In this document: one piece after another, positions 1-8,926 of the stretch
Numbering within the stretch: the first letter of the stretch is position 1
Layout: every line of letters starts with the position of its first letter
IMG/VR virus record: IMGVR_UViG_3300037515_000373
Coordinates: 1 to 31,390 of that record
DNA length: 31,390 nucleotides
Reading direction: 5' to 3' (one strand)
Source of the DNA: a virus
Taxonomy: Duplodnaviria > Caudoviricetes
Program-made: the position numbers and the translations under genes
Notes under the pieces: generated by a model
The model's input: the letters and a program-made list of their open reading frames with translations, nothing else
What the model was told of the DNA's origin: nothing
Database searches by the model: none

Positions 1-177
1 GCCGCAATCACCGGAGTCAGTCGTCACGCCAAAGCGTTGCAAACCGCATTCCTGGGGGCTGACAACCTGGATGCCGATGTCACGCCCGACATGCTCACGG
101 AAGGACTCAAGGAACTGCGATTACTCACCACGTCGATTAACAAGACGATCAAGTCTGCTAGTGCCATCATCGGCTGA
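1..177 (+). CDS. hypothetical protein, 5' truncated by window edge
   Basis: Frame 1 open to TGA at 175-177 (AAITGVSRH...SASAIIG); overlaps next ATG. Confidence 0.6.
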   Translation, partial: AAITGVSRHAKALQTAFLGADNLDADVTPDMLTEGLKELRLLTTSINKTIKSASAIIG

Positions 178-287
178 TGGGCGCAGGCGCAATCGTCGTC
201 CTGGTGATCCTGCTGCTGCTCTCTCTCACCGTGAATTATGTTCTGGTGAAAGGGCTTCGGGGCCATCGGGGAGAGAGGGACCGATGA
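177..287 (+). CDS. small membrane protein (36 aa)
   Basis: MGAGAIVVLVILLLLSLTVNYVLVKG...; TGATG overlap upstream, ATGA overlap downstream. Confidence 0.55.
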   Translation: MGAGAIVVLVILLLLSLTVNYVLVKGLRGHRGERDR

Positions 288-520
288 CTTACCTGATACT
301 TGCTGGCCTCGCGCTCGCTGTGTTTGCCGCATCGATGTTGAAAATGCGCAAGCCTTTAGATCATCACCATGTGGCGAGTTGGATTGTCGCTCACGGAGAT
401 TGGCTGCTTCACCATCACCAGAAAGAGGTCAACAATGTGCGAGATATTCGATCCGTTCGTAGTCGAAAGCCTACTGTTGGGCTACCGCATACCGGGCGCG
501 AGCCGGGGCGACAGGGCTGA
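284..520 (+). CDS. membrane-anchored hypothetical protein
   Basis: ATG at 284 after GAGAGG; hydrophobic N-terminus MTYLILAGLALAVFAAS; 3' part overlaps next gene. Confidence 0.45.
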   Translation: MTYLILAGLALAVFAASMLKMRKPLDHHHVASWIVAHGDWLLHHHQKEVNNVRDIRSVRSRKPTVGLPHTGREPGRQG

Positions 521-830
521 GGCCGCGCACGTACTACTCTCCCGAGGGCTCACGGCACCAGAGATCGCGGTCATGCTGGACTGCACAGAACGCACCGTAG
601 AAAGGCTGAAACGCATTGAGACACAGCCGATGCCCGAAGAGCTACCGGAGTGGGCGCGCGACGACGACAGAGAGTGGCCGCTGTGCCCACAAGGCCACGA
701 GATGACACCAGACAACATACTCAGCCGCAAATATCATTCCGATGTCTGCCGCATGTGTTACAACACCGAAGCCCGCGCCCGCTGGAAACGGGCATACGAC
801 CGCAGTACACGAGAGGATGTCAGCGCATGA
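435..830 (+). CDS. HTH DNA-binding protein with C-terminal Zn-binding motif
   Basis: GLTAPEIAVMLDCTERTVERL HTH; CPQGH...CRMC; RBS AAGAGG before ATG 435. Confidence 0.75.
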   Translation: MCEIFDPFVVESLLLGYRIPGASRGDRAEAAHVLLSRGLTAPEIAVMLDCTERTVERLKRIETQPMPEELPEWARDDDREWPLCPQGHEMTPDNILSRKYHSDVCRMCYNTEARARWKRAYDRSTREDVSA

Positions 831-1048
831 TGAACTTCGCACGTTACGGGAATAGCTTTGTCGCACAACCAGAACCGGGGATCGTGTATGTGGTGAGCTA
901 CTACATGAGTTCCTGGGGAGCCTACGTCACGACGCCCGAGCACCCTGAGCCCAAACGCATTGCCATGTACGGCTTCCCGTCGCCCGAAGAGGCCGAAGGT
1001 GCCGCTGAGAAGCACTACATGACCAAGGATTCGGGGATCTGGCCGTGA
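827..1048 (+). CDS. hypothetical protein
   Basis: ATGA overlap, RBS GAGG. Confidence 0.7.
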   Translation: MMNFARYGNSFVAQPEPGIVYVVSYYMSSWGAYVTTPEHPEPKRIAMYGFPSPEEAEGAAEKHYMTKDSGIWP

Positions 1049-1203
1049 ATGAGCCCAACTGCTTTGTCGGCCCTTACCGCATACCAGGGCTGTGTGACAG
1101 CCCGCAATGCCTAGCCTGCCGCGACGGGCACATCCAAGTAGCCAAAAGCATGCAATCCGCTGTAGCCGCAATCGAATACCTCATTGAACACAAGGTGATG
1201 TGA
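1045..1203 (+). CDS. small Cys-rich hypothetical protein (52 aa)
   Basis: GTGA overlap; CDSPQCLAC; fills gap exactly. Confidence 0.55.
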   Translation: MNEPNCFVGPYRIPGLCDSPQCLACRDGHIQVAKSMQSAVAAIEYLIEHKVM

Positions 1204-1506
1204 ATGTCTGAAACACAAGTGACGCAGCCGGATTGGCCGTTCCTGCATGGCGGCAACGAAGGGCTTTTCGGTACTGTCCTGATGTCGAATTTCGATCATC
1301 AGGTGGATTTGGCTGTGGCGCAACGTCTTAAAGACGAGCAGGGTATTGCGGAATACACCGCGTGGAACTTTCATGCCGAATGCTGGTTCGCTGACGGGCA
1401 GTATCATGCCCTCCTGTGTCAACACGGCATCGCACGAGCCACGCTCAGCGCCAATACTCCAGAAGAGTTAATGACACTGTGCTGCAAAGGGTTTGGGAAT
1501 GACTGA
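1204..1506 (+). CDS. hypothetical protein
   Basis: ORF track, contiguous packing, RBS AAGGTG. Confidence 0.7.
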   Translation: MSETQVTQPDWPFLHGGNEGLFGTVLMSNFDHQVDLAVAQRLKDEQGIAEYTAWNFHAECWFADGQYHALLCQHGIARATLSANTPEELMTLCCKGFGND

Positions 1507-1786
1507 CAAGCCGGTGAACCTGGAGAGCGTGCGCCACCACGTGGAGATCCTGCAATGGGTCAACAAACGGATGGCTGAGTTAAAGACTTTGGTGGAGGAC
1601 AGCCGCCCCGCCGTGGAAGAGGCTCTAGGCAGCCACGAGGTGGGCATACTGGATGGGCTGCCGGTGGTGACGTTCAAACACCTGACCTCCAATCGGCTTG
1701 ATCAGAAGCAAGTCAAAGAGCATTACCCCGAGATTGCCGAAAAGTGCATGACTACAACGAATTCGCGGAGGTTTGAGGTGCTATGA
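1499..1786 (+). CDS. hypothetical protein resembling the C-terminal segment of YqaJ-type exonucleases
   Basis: VTFK...RLDQKQVKEHYPEIAEKC...SRRFEV pattern. Confidence 0.65.
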   Translation: MTDKPVNLESVRHHVEILQWVNKRMAELKTLVEDSRPAVEEALGSHEVGILDGLPVVTFKHLTSNRLDQKQVKEHYPEIAEKCMTTTNSRRFEVL

Positions 1787-2253
1787 CCATCCCCAATGTT
1801 CCCCCCGACATTCTGGCTGACATCGATCAGTCCTACGCCATGGTCAATGAAGAACTGGACAAGATGGTGGCCGAGATACAGCGGGGCATCGACGCCAATC
1901 CTGAGATGGCCCATAACAAGCCGCTGCTGTGGGCGTACTGCATCAAGAGCTATCGCGATCTGGCGATGCAGCTACCCACCTTTGATGATTACGTCGCCAG
2001 CAACAACCGCATTGCCGACCTGCTCGCCACGGCGACGTTCCGGCTGACATCCAGCCCCGATGGCGACATGCCACCCGAGCCCCCAGGCCTCAAGGCAGAC
2101 AAGCCGTTAGATGGCAAGCTGACGATGACGATGGCCGGGCTGCCTGATCTGCCTGGCATGATTCAGCAGCTTCTCGGACGAGCGTTCTTGATTACGTTGC
2201 ACGACATCGGGATTGACATTGATGATGTGCGTATCGAATTTGAGAACACATGA
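1783..2253 (+). CDS. hypothetical protein
   Basis: ATGA overlap, RBS GAGG. Confidence 0.75.
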   Translation: MTIPNVPPDILADIDQSYAMVNEELDKMVAEIQRGIDANPEMAHNKPLLWAYCIKSYRDLAMQLPTFDDYVASNNRIADLLATATFRLTSSPDGDMPPEPPGLKADKPLDGKLTMTMAGLPDLPGMIQQLLGRAFLITLHDIGIDIDDVRIEFENT

Positions 2254-2543
2254 TTATTAAGGCGCGCAAGATCGGGGCCACCGGGGTTGCATTCTCTGGC
2301 CGGGCCGAAGGGGTGAAGATCACCGCCAATGCTTCTGAGCACGGCTACAAATACCGGCTGCAAGTGGAGATCGATTTTGCGGCGCTGTCCGAGAAGCAGG
2401 GGCAGAAGGTGCATAAAGCTGTGTTCGATGCGGCAACCCAATCCCTTAGCGCCGCAGCCGATATGAGATCGGTGAATGTGCCGCTGTTCGACCTGGACGA
2501 CCTGCCGAAAAATGTCACCGAGAAAGGAATCAACGAATTATGA
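2250..2543 (+). CDS. hypothetical protein
   Basis: ATGA overlap. Confidence 0.7.
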   Translation: MIIKARKIGATGVAFSGRAEGVKITANASEHGYKYRLQVEIDFAALSEKQGQKVHKAVFDAATQSLSAAADMRSVNVPLFDLDDLPKNVTEKGINEL

Positions 2544-2800
2544 TTCATACCCTGCCGCCCGAAGTTGCTCAAGCGGCACAGACGCTTTGGGATCTGTCGA
2601 GCAAGGATCTCGATGAGGCTGTTGATGCGCTCGTGCAAGATATGAAAAGTGGGAATTTTCCTGATGATCAAACACTTTTCGCGTTCACCATCACCCATGA
2701 GGCTGTGACGCCACCCGGTGCTGACCCGAAAATGACGGGTTGCTATCTGATGGCAATCTTCCGGCTTGCGCGACAGAGGATCGACGCAGAGCATGAATAA
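2540..2800 (+). CDS. hypothetical protein
   Basis: ATGA overlap, RBS AAAGGA. Confidence 0.7.
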   Translation: MIHTLPPEVAQAAQTLWDLSSKDLDEAVDALVQDMKSGNFPDDQTLFAFTITHEAVTPPGADPKMTGCYLMAIFRLARQRIDAEHE

Positions 2801-2890
2801 GCATCATCTTGGCTGCATGTGGCGTAATCGCCAAGTGCGTTCGCGGGGAAAGACTTTCAGCTTTCGTGTCAACATGGTTAGGCGGGTGCG

Positions 2891-3169
2891 GTGATGCTGC
2901 TACGAATGCGTTTGCGGCGCATACAGAGACGTTGGGCGCGGTATTGGTCTGCACCCGAGCATGACCCGCTGGTGATCTTCTGGGCCGGTATCCGTGCTGA
3001 CATCGATGCGGAAAAGTGGGAGCGTCAAAAACGGGTGTTCGCCGAAATCTTTGGGCCGAGACTAGGGCCGTGGTCGGGACAGGACGGCGCGATTTTGGGG
3101 TACTACGATCCTGACCGAGACGCACGGGATGCCGCACGTCGGGCCGAAAAGCGCAAGGTAAAGCCATGA
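2891..3169 (+). CDS. hypothetical protein
   Basis: ORF track; ATGA overlap with next gene. Confidence 0.6.
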   Translation: MMLLRMRLRRIQRRWARYWSAPEHDPLVIFWAGIRADIDAEKWERQKRVFAEIFGPRLGPWSGQDGAILGYYDPDRDARDAARRAEKRKVKP

Positions 3170-3288
3170 ATGTTGTTGTCCTGGTGGACTATCTACAAGC
3201 CCTCGTGCGGTTCATCGCGGCGTGCGCGTTTACCTGCCTGGGGCTGTGGGGCGGCGTGAAACTGGGCAACTGGCTGGAGGGGCGCTGA
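3166..3288 (+). CDS. small membrane protein (40 aa)
   Basis: MNVVVLVDYLQALVRFIAACAFTCLGLWGG...; ATGA overlap. Confidence 0.55.
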   Translation: MNVVVLVDYLQALVRFIAACAFTCLGLWGGVKLGNWLEGR

Positions 3289-3289
3289 C

Positions 3290-3484
3290 ATGCCCGCTAA
3301 GCCATGCGCGCCAGGCTGCCCTTGTGGATACCGCACAGGTTCCCGACCTACGCAAATAGGTTGTGGTGCGGCGGTATGCCCCAATCGAAATCCGGTGCAT
3401 GAGGCCGAGCGTGAAGAGTACCGTGATGCACTCGCGGCTGAAACCGAAATGGAACGTGCTCACTACGAAACGGAGATGCGATGA
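3290..3484 (+). CDS. small Cys-rich hypothetical protein
   Basis: RBS GGAGG; CAPGCPC...C...C. Confidence 0.65.
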   Translation: MPAKPCAPGCPCGYRTGSRPTQIGCGAAVCPNRNPVHEAEREEYRDALAAETEMERAHYETEMR

Positions 3485-3648
3485 CCGAAAAGCCTAAGCG
3501 CACACTGGATTTGGACAAGACGATCAATGCCTTGACCGAGGTTGTTGCCGCTGCGCTCGTTGTCGCGGCGCTGGCTATCTACGGATTCGGCGACGAGTTC
3601 GAACTGGCTGTGCTGCTGATGTTCACCGCGATTTATCTGGCGCTGTGA
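3481..3648 (+). CDS. small two-TM membrane protein (55 aa)
   Basis: ATGA overlap; two hydrophobic segments. Confidence 0.6.
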   Translation: MTEKPKRTLDLDKTINALTEVVAAALVVAALAIYGFGDEFELAVLLMFTAIYLAL

Positions 3649-3899
3649 TGATGCGCGCATTCGTCGTCAACCGGCTCTACGATCTCGCCAACGTGTTATG
3701 CATTGCCGCAGATCGGCTTTCGCCTGCCGATGATTCTGTGTGGCGTGCGCGCATGTGGAGTGCCTACGGGGTCACCGCGAAGCCTGACGAGTTGGGCAAC
3801 CTTGCGTCGGAACACAATCCGACGCACACCGATTACGTACCTATGACCGCCGAAGATCTGGGCTACAACCCCTGCGAGTATGGGAGCGCCGATGATTAA
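3645..3899 (+). CDS. hypothetical protein
   Basis: GTGA overlap. Confidence 0.6.
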   Translation: MMMRAFVVNRLYDLANVLCIAADRLSPADDSVWRARMWSAYGVTAKPDELGNLASEHNPTHTDYVPMTAEDLGYNPCEYGSADD

Positions 3900-4206
3900 G
3901 CAATGGTTTTCACTGGGGCCGTGGGATGAGGACGAGGGCCGCAAGCGGCACTGGTTCAACCGCTGTTACGAATGGCAGAACGACCGAATCCGTTTCATGG
4001 CAGGCGATTTGCTGGCTGAGGGAGAGAAGGAGGGTGGCGGTAATACTGGGCCGCAGTTCTCCGTAGAGGTGGCGCTGGCGCAGGAAGACATACCGGAGTA
4101 CTACCTGGTGGACAACCCGAACGCCAAGTATGACATTCACTATGTGTCAATTGTGGTGTGGCGCTGGGGGATTTACTTCTCCGTACGCGGGCGGGTGTAC
4201 GCATGA
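3892..4206 (+). CDS. hypothetical protein
   Basis: RBS GGGAG before ATG 3892. Confidence 0.65.
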   Translation: MIKQWFSLGPWDEDEGRKRHWFNRCYEWQNDRIRFMAGDLLAEGEKEGGGNTGPQFSVEVALAQEDIPEYYLVDNPNAKYDIHYVSIVVWRWGIYFSVRGRVYA

Positions 4207-4487
4207 CTAGCATGAGCGTCGTGGTGTATGGCAAGCCGGATTGTGTGCAGTGTGCCTACACCTGCAAGGAATTGGACACCATGGTGGACAAGGGGCAGTT
4301 ACCCGGCTACCAGTATCGCGACGTGATGACCGATCCTGATGCCGAGAAAGAGGCGAAAGCCATTGGGCTGGAACTGAAATCAATGAACCTGCCTATCGTG
4401 GTGGTGCGCAACAAACACCGCGCCGAGAGGTGGAGCGGCTTCAAGATTGAGAAGCTGCGTGGGCTCAAATCGACAGGGGATTACTGA
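4203..4487 (+). CDS. nrdH: NrdH-like glutaredoxin
   Basis: VVVYGKPDCVQC active site; LPIVVV...WSGFKIEKL. Confidence 0.9.
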   Translation: MTSMSVVVYGKPDCVQCAYTCKELDTMVDKGQLPGYQYRDVMTDPDAEKEAKAIGLELKSMNLPIVVVRNKHRAERWSGFKIEKLRGLKSTGDY

Positions 4488-4786
4488 TGAAGCAAAGCAG
4501 ATGTCTAGCATGCCTGGAGTCGATACAGCGCGGCGATATGCGACCATGCGTGAAACATCGCGAGCCCGATAAATCAAAGCGGACACAGGTGCATCCACAC
4601 GTGCCACTGAAAGCCGATCTGCTTAAGGCGCAACGGGTCTGGAAGCGCCTGCTGGAGTCGGTGATCGTGGACAAGAGAATCCGGCGCATTGACGGCAACG
4701 ACGGCGAGCCGGTCGCTTACGTGGTGCCGGTCGAGCAGTATCGGTTGATGAACCTGCCAGCACACCCGGTGGTGGTGGAACTATGA
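4487..4786 (+). CDS. hypothetical protein
   Basis: TGATG overlap; N-terminal CLAC; C-terminal PVAYVVPVEQY resembles a Phd/YefM-like strand. Confidence 0.65.
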   Translation: MKQSRCLACLESIQRGDMRPCVKHREPDKSKRTQVHPHVPLKADLLKAQRVWKRLLESVIVDKRIRRIDGNDGEPVAYVVPVEQYRLMNLPAHPVVVEL

Positions 4787-5043
4787 AAATGCCATGGCAG
4801 ACCAAACCAGTGTTTCGGATAGACGTTGAAACACTGCACCTAGCCGTCGAATTGGCGGCGCAGCGGGCGGCGAAAGCCGAAATAGAACGTCAGTTCAGCG
4901 AGCAGTTCCCCGGTGCTCGGCTAGACCTCTCTTCCAATGTGACTATGCCGGGCTTCGATAACATCGATTTAAACATTTCTAGCTACCTGGTTGAGTTAGT
5001 CGGGGGAAGCGTCGAGAGCCGCGATAGGTGCAGCCATGAGTGA
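4783..5043 (+). CDS. hypothetical protein
   Basis: ATGA overlap. Confidence 0.65.
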   Translation: MKMPWQTKPVFRIDVETLHLAVELAAQRAAKAEIERQFSEQFPGARLDLSSNVTMPGFDNIDLNISSYLVELVGGSVESRDRCSHE

Positions 5044-5563
5044 CGTGCTGGCGCGCATCCTGGAGCGTGTGAGGCCCAACACCACAGCGCTGGAATTCGG
5101 TGTGTACAAGGGCAATACGCTGCGCATGATCGCAGAACGCATGCCGGTATACGGGTTCGACAGCTTCGAAGGGCTGCCGGAAGATTGGCGAAAAGGCTTT
5201 GAGCGCGGCACATTTGCGTGTGACCTACCCGAGGGCTTACCGGATAACGCGAGTATCATCCCCGGCCTGTTTCAAGACACGCTGCCTAACGCACCGCTGG
5301 GAGACATAGACATCGGGCTTGTGCATGTGGACTGCGACCTGTATAGCTCGGCGGCGCTGGTACTGAAATTCGTTGGCCCGCGCCTGAAAGCAGGCACCTA
5401 TATCGTATTCGATGAGTTCCACGGCTACCCCGGCGCAAGCGCGAAAGGCGGGGAATGGCTGGCATGGAATGACTACGTTGCTGCCGCTAAACAATACGGG
5501 GGTTGTCTATCTTATCAAATCGCTGACATCGGACCCGAGCAATTGGCGGTGAGAATTCTATGA
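5036..5563 (+). CDS. class I SAM-dependent methyltransferase, TylF/NovP-like
   Basis: LEFGVYKGNTL, GFDSFEGLPEDW, GLFQDTL, LVHVDCDLYSS, IVFDEF motifs. Confidence 0.9.
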   Translation: MSDVLARILERVRPNTTALEFGVYKGNTLRMIAERMPVYGFDSFEGLPEDWRKGFERGTFACDLPEGLPDNASIIPGLFQDTLPNAPLGDIDIGLVHVDCDLYSSAALVLKFVGPRLKAGTYIVFDEFHGYPGASAKGGEWLAWNDYVAAAKQYGGCLSYQIADIGPEQLAVRIL

Positions 5564-5922
5564 GTGACGCGAAGTGCAATCTTTGTGATGACAGTGAGGG
5601 CAAGGCTTTTCGCGTTCCCTGGAGCGGTAGCACATCTGCTGATGCGATCAGCGTCGAACTGATGAGAGCACATCTGTTGGACAAGCACGGAGAGACGGGC
5701 ATTGTCGTGAATTCGCCACCGCTTCTGCTGGACTGGAAAGGTCAGCCTGGCAACATCGTGGCGCGAGGCAGGCGCGGCACCTATACGATACAGACGGTAG
5801 CCAATATCTTTGTGCTGCAAGGCATTGACGGGGAATGCCGTAACGATCTGGGATTCTGGGGTGCGGAATGCACCAGCCTTGACGAAGCCAAAGCCGCTGC
5901 GCAAGAGGTGGATTCACGATGA
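5560..5922 (+). CDS. hypothetical protein
   Basis: ATGA overlap; CNLC...H...H motif. Confidence 0.7.
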   Translation: MSDAKCNLCDDSEGKAFRVPWSGSTSADAISVELMRAHLLDKHGETGIVVNSPPLLLDWKGQPGNIVARGRRGTYTIQTVANIFVLQGIDGECRNDLGFWGAECTSLDEAKAAAQEVDSR

Positions 5923-6221
5923 GCAAACGACGCAATCGGCAACAACAGGTAGGGCAAGAGGCTGCACGCCACATGGAAAACATGTCGAAAGCCGCGCTCA
6001 AGGCAACCGCAGAACTACGGAAAGGCTTTATGCCCGATGCATCACTGGAGGTCACCAGCCGGGCAGCAGCCAAGCAGGCGCAATGGGGAATGTGGGCCGG
6101 TCGCGAGATTCTGCGGCTAGCTGACGACAACCCCGGCGAGACAAAACGTTTCGTTATCGCGATGCCCGACCAACGGCGCTGCTACGAGATTACGCTGACC
6201 GATGTGGAGAAACGCCCATGA
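5919..6221 (+). CDS. hypothetical protein
   Basis: ATGA overlap. Confidence 0.7.
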   Translation: MSKRRNRQQQVGQEAARHMENMSKAALKATAELRKGFMPDASLEVTSRAAAKQAQWGMWAGREILRLADDNPGETKRFVIAMPDQRRCYEITLTDVEKRP

Positions 6222-6490
6222 GTAGAGCGAAAGCTGATGCTAGCGTGCGGTTTTGGGCAAAAGTCAATAAAGATGGACCGATGTGTGAGGTGCTGAATTC
6301 TCGTTGCTGGCTATGGACGGCTGGCACTTGGCGTAGTCGGCAGGGCTCGCTGTACGGACAGTTCACACTCCCTGACGGAACGTATTATCACGTTGGTTAT
6401 TTCGCTGATATAGCTGATGCCGAAGCTGCTGTAATCGCTAGGCGCAGTGAGCTATTCACGCACAACGATCTAGACAGGGTGACGATATGA
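6218..6490 (+). CDS. internally deleted HNH-AP2 homing endonuclease remnant
   Basis: RFWAKVNK...CWLWTAG...YGQF joined directly to AP2 end YHVGYFADIADAEAAVIARRSELFTHN; HNH catalytic core absent. Confidence 0.7.
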   Translation: MSRAKADASVRFWAKVNKDGPMCEVLNSRCWLWTAGTWRSRQGSLYGQFTLPDGTYYHVGYFADIADAEAAVIARRSELFTHNDLDRVTI

Positions 6491-7215
6491 TAAAGGGTAA
6501 AGTTGGGGTTGCCATCAGCACTTATCGTCGCCCAGAGGTGCTGGCTCGCGCGTTAGCCAATTGGGCGCAGTTCATGCCTGACGATCTTGTGGTCAATCAC
6601 GACCGCGACGGCATTGGTGTTGCCGCGACTAAAAATCGCGGAATCGCCGCGCTCATGGATTTGGGTTGTGAGCATCTTTTCCTCGCTGATTCGGACGTGT
6701 GGCCGGTGCAAAGGTATTGGCCCGCCCCCTATATCAACCACGAGCAGCCTCACTTGATGCATTGCTGGGGCTCCAGGCGCTTTCTGGGCACTGACGGCGA
6801 CCTCACGGTGTGGAACCACCCGAGAGGCGTTCTGCTATACGTAGAGCGCCACGTAGTGGAAGCCATCGGGGGGATGCGTGTCGAATTCGGGCAGTGGGGC
6901 GGCGAGCATGTCGACTGGTCGCGCAGGATTCATGCGGCAGGATTCACCAGGCACCGTTACGCCGATGTTGCTGCGGCCAAGCGCGGGATCTGGCACTGCG
7001 AAGACTACGACCGGCGCGAGCCCAGCAGTGTGCCCGATTCGGTGCGCAATGATCCCGAGAACGTCAAGCATCGCCATGGGTTGTATGAGAAGTATCGCAA
7101 CGCTACCGATTTCGTGGATTACCGCTGCCGTTGCACCCCCGATGGCATCGAGCCGCAGTGCCCGATTCATCTGCCCGGCATGGACATCAGTGAACGTGAC
7201 CAGGTGCCGCAATGA
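6487..7215 (+). CDS. glycosyltransferase (GT-A / family 2-like)
   Basis: VGVAISTYRR, GVAATKNRGI, HLFLADSD (DxD), IGGMRVEFGQWGGEHVDWSRRI. Confidence 0.88.
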   Translation: MIKGKVGVAISTYRRPEVLARALANWAQFMPDDLVVNHDRDGIGVAATKNRGIAALMDLGCEHLFLADSDVWPVQRYWPAPYINHEQPHLMHCWGSRRFLGTDGDLTVWNHPRGVLLYVERHVVEAIGGMRVEFGQWGGEHVDWSRRIHAAGFTRHRYADVAAAKRGIWHCEDYDRREPSSVPDSVRNDPENVKHRHGLYEKYRNATDFVDYRCRCTPDGIEPQCPIHLPGMDISERDQVPQ

Positions 7216-7286
7216 TGATTGGAGGTTATTAACTGCATTTTTGTTCGACTCTCGTTCGATAAATCATCTACAAGAAAGTAAAGACA

Positions 7287-7559
7287 ATGGCGCTAATCAA
7301 TGTAACCCGTAAGGCCGAAGCATTGCAGGCATATCAGTTGACGACCGTGGACGACATGTTTGCGGCGCTGAAATTCCTGGCGACGAAAGGCTATGGGGGG
7401 CATATCAATTGCACATCCGGCACTGTGTGGACGCTGGGCATACAGAGCGGGAACGTGTCGCAGTCAGCGGTTATCGGTGACTGGATCGTGATAAAGAACG
7501 GTACGTACGCTGAGGTGGTTCTTGCCAGTCAGGCGGCAAGCCTCTACCAATTAGCCTGA
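7287..7559 (+). CDS. hypothetical phage protein
   Basis: AT-rich leader; SAVIGDWIVIKNG motif common in small phage proteins. Confidence 0.7.
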   Translation: MALINVTRKAEALQAYQLTTVDDMFAALKFLATKGYGGHINCTSGTVWTLGIQSGNVSQSAVIGDWIVIKNGTYAEVVLASQAASLYQLA

Positions 7560-7582
7560 GAGGGAAAACCATTGGGGCCGCA

Positions 7583-7801
7583 GTGATGAGTGAAGTAGCT
7601 GATCCGTCTTTTCCTGTCGTGCTGAGCAACGCCAGTCTGGGCGGGTACAAAGCTGCGGTGACCCGCAGTGGGCTTGGGTTGAGTTTCGATGATTTGGCTG
7701 CTCTGGCAGTCACTTTCGGCTTCGACAATGATGTGGTGGGGTTTGAGGATTTCGCGGTGACGCAGCAGGCCAAAGCCAACGCACGCGCGAAAGGGGTTTA
7801 G
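7583..7801 (+). CDS. hypothetical protein
   Basis: ORF track; abuts next gene. Confidence 0.6.
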   Translation: MMSEVADPSFPVVLSNASLGGYKAAVTRSGLGLSFDDLAALAVTFGFDNDVVGFEDFAVTQQAKANARAKGV

Positions 7802-8239
7802 ATGTACAGTAATCAGCGATTCGTGTTGATTGTCAACGGCGAAACCGTATTCGACAGCGGGCCGTGCGATCTCGACATTGAGGTTCGCACCGATATGGAC
7901 CGCGAAATATCCGACCGGCGCGACAACCGGGGTCGCAGGATTGAATCTGAAAGCACCACGCACACCGTGCAATTGACGACCGGGCTGAATACGGCTGGGA
8001 CACAGTTAGAGCGTAACTGGATAGCAGCCGAGCGCAACTATCGTGAGGGCGACCGGATTGAGGCTGATGGTTCCGGCGATTGGGCTGTCGTGTATGACGA
8101 TGATCTGGTCAGCCGCTTTGATAAGCAGAGGAGCGTCGCCATTATTGCAGGCGGGGGTAAGGGTAAAAAAATACCGCCGAAACCGCCAGAGCCCCAACAG
8201 GTTACACCAGTGGATAAGATACGGGAGATTGATCTATGA
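7802..8239 (+). CDS. hypothetical protein
   Basis: RBS AAGGGG; ATGA overlap downstream. Confidence 0.7.
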   Translation: MYSNQRFVLIVNGETVFDSGPCDLDIEVRTDMDREISDRRDNRGRRIESESTTHTVQLTTGLNTAGTQLERNWIAAERNYREGDRIEADGSGDWAVVYDDDLVSRFDKQRSVAIIAGGGKGKKIPPKPPEPQQVTPVDKIREIDL

Positions 8240-8925
8240 ACCGCAATACCGGGCGCATTCTGCACCACGACGAACGCTCACGCCAATACGCTTACGCCGC
8301 ACCGCAAACCGCGCCGAAATCGATTGTGCATCGGCTGCATGCCGGGGCACTTGATCAGGGCTACCTGAGTGCCTGTACGGGCTTCGCCGGGGCGCAGTGG
8401 CTCAACTGCGCGATAAACCTACCCGCGCGCAAGCGATGGAATAAACGATATACAGGGATAGGTGCGGGCTATCTATTCAGTAGTGATGCACGGCGTTTGT
8501 ACGGTGCCGCAACACAATACGATGATTTCGGGTGGGTGTGGCCACCGACTGACCAGGGTAGCTCCGGTCTAGGCGTCGCTAAAGCGCTGAAGAAACAGGG
8601 CGTCATCAGCCGCTACGAATGGACGTTTGATTTTGACGGCTTTCTCGCCGCGCTACAACGCCAGCCTGTGCTCGTCGGTACTGCGTGGACCGATGGCATG
8701 TGTTACCCCAGTCCCAGTGGGGTCATTCATGTTCACACCGATACCCTGGACGGCGCAGGCGGGCATGAATATCTGGCCATCGGAATCAACTACCGCCGCA
8801 AGCTGATTCGCATCCGTAACTCGTGGGGGCCGCGCTGGGGCATCGCAGGCGATGCGTACATCAGTTTCGATGACATGAAAATGCTTCTCGCCGCTGATGG
8901 TGATGTCATGGTGCCGGTGATCTGA
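8236..8925 (+). CDS. papain-like (C1) cysteine peptidase
   Basis: LDQGYLSACTGFA (oxyanion Q, catalytic C), GGHEY (H), IRNSWG (N), WGIAG.AY. Confidence 0.88.
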   Translation: MNRNTGRILHHDERSRQYAYAAPQTAPKSIVHRLHAGALDQGYLSACTGFAGAQWLNCAINLPARKRWNKRYTGIGAGYLFSSDARRLYGAATQYDDFGWVWPPTDQGSSGLGVAKALKKQGVISRYEWTFDFDGFLAALQRQPVLVGTAWTDGMCYPSPSGVIHVHTDTLDGAGGHEYLAIGINYRRKLIRIRNSWGPRWGIAGDAYISFDDMKMLLAADGDVMVPVI

Positions 8926-8926
8926 G

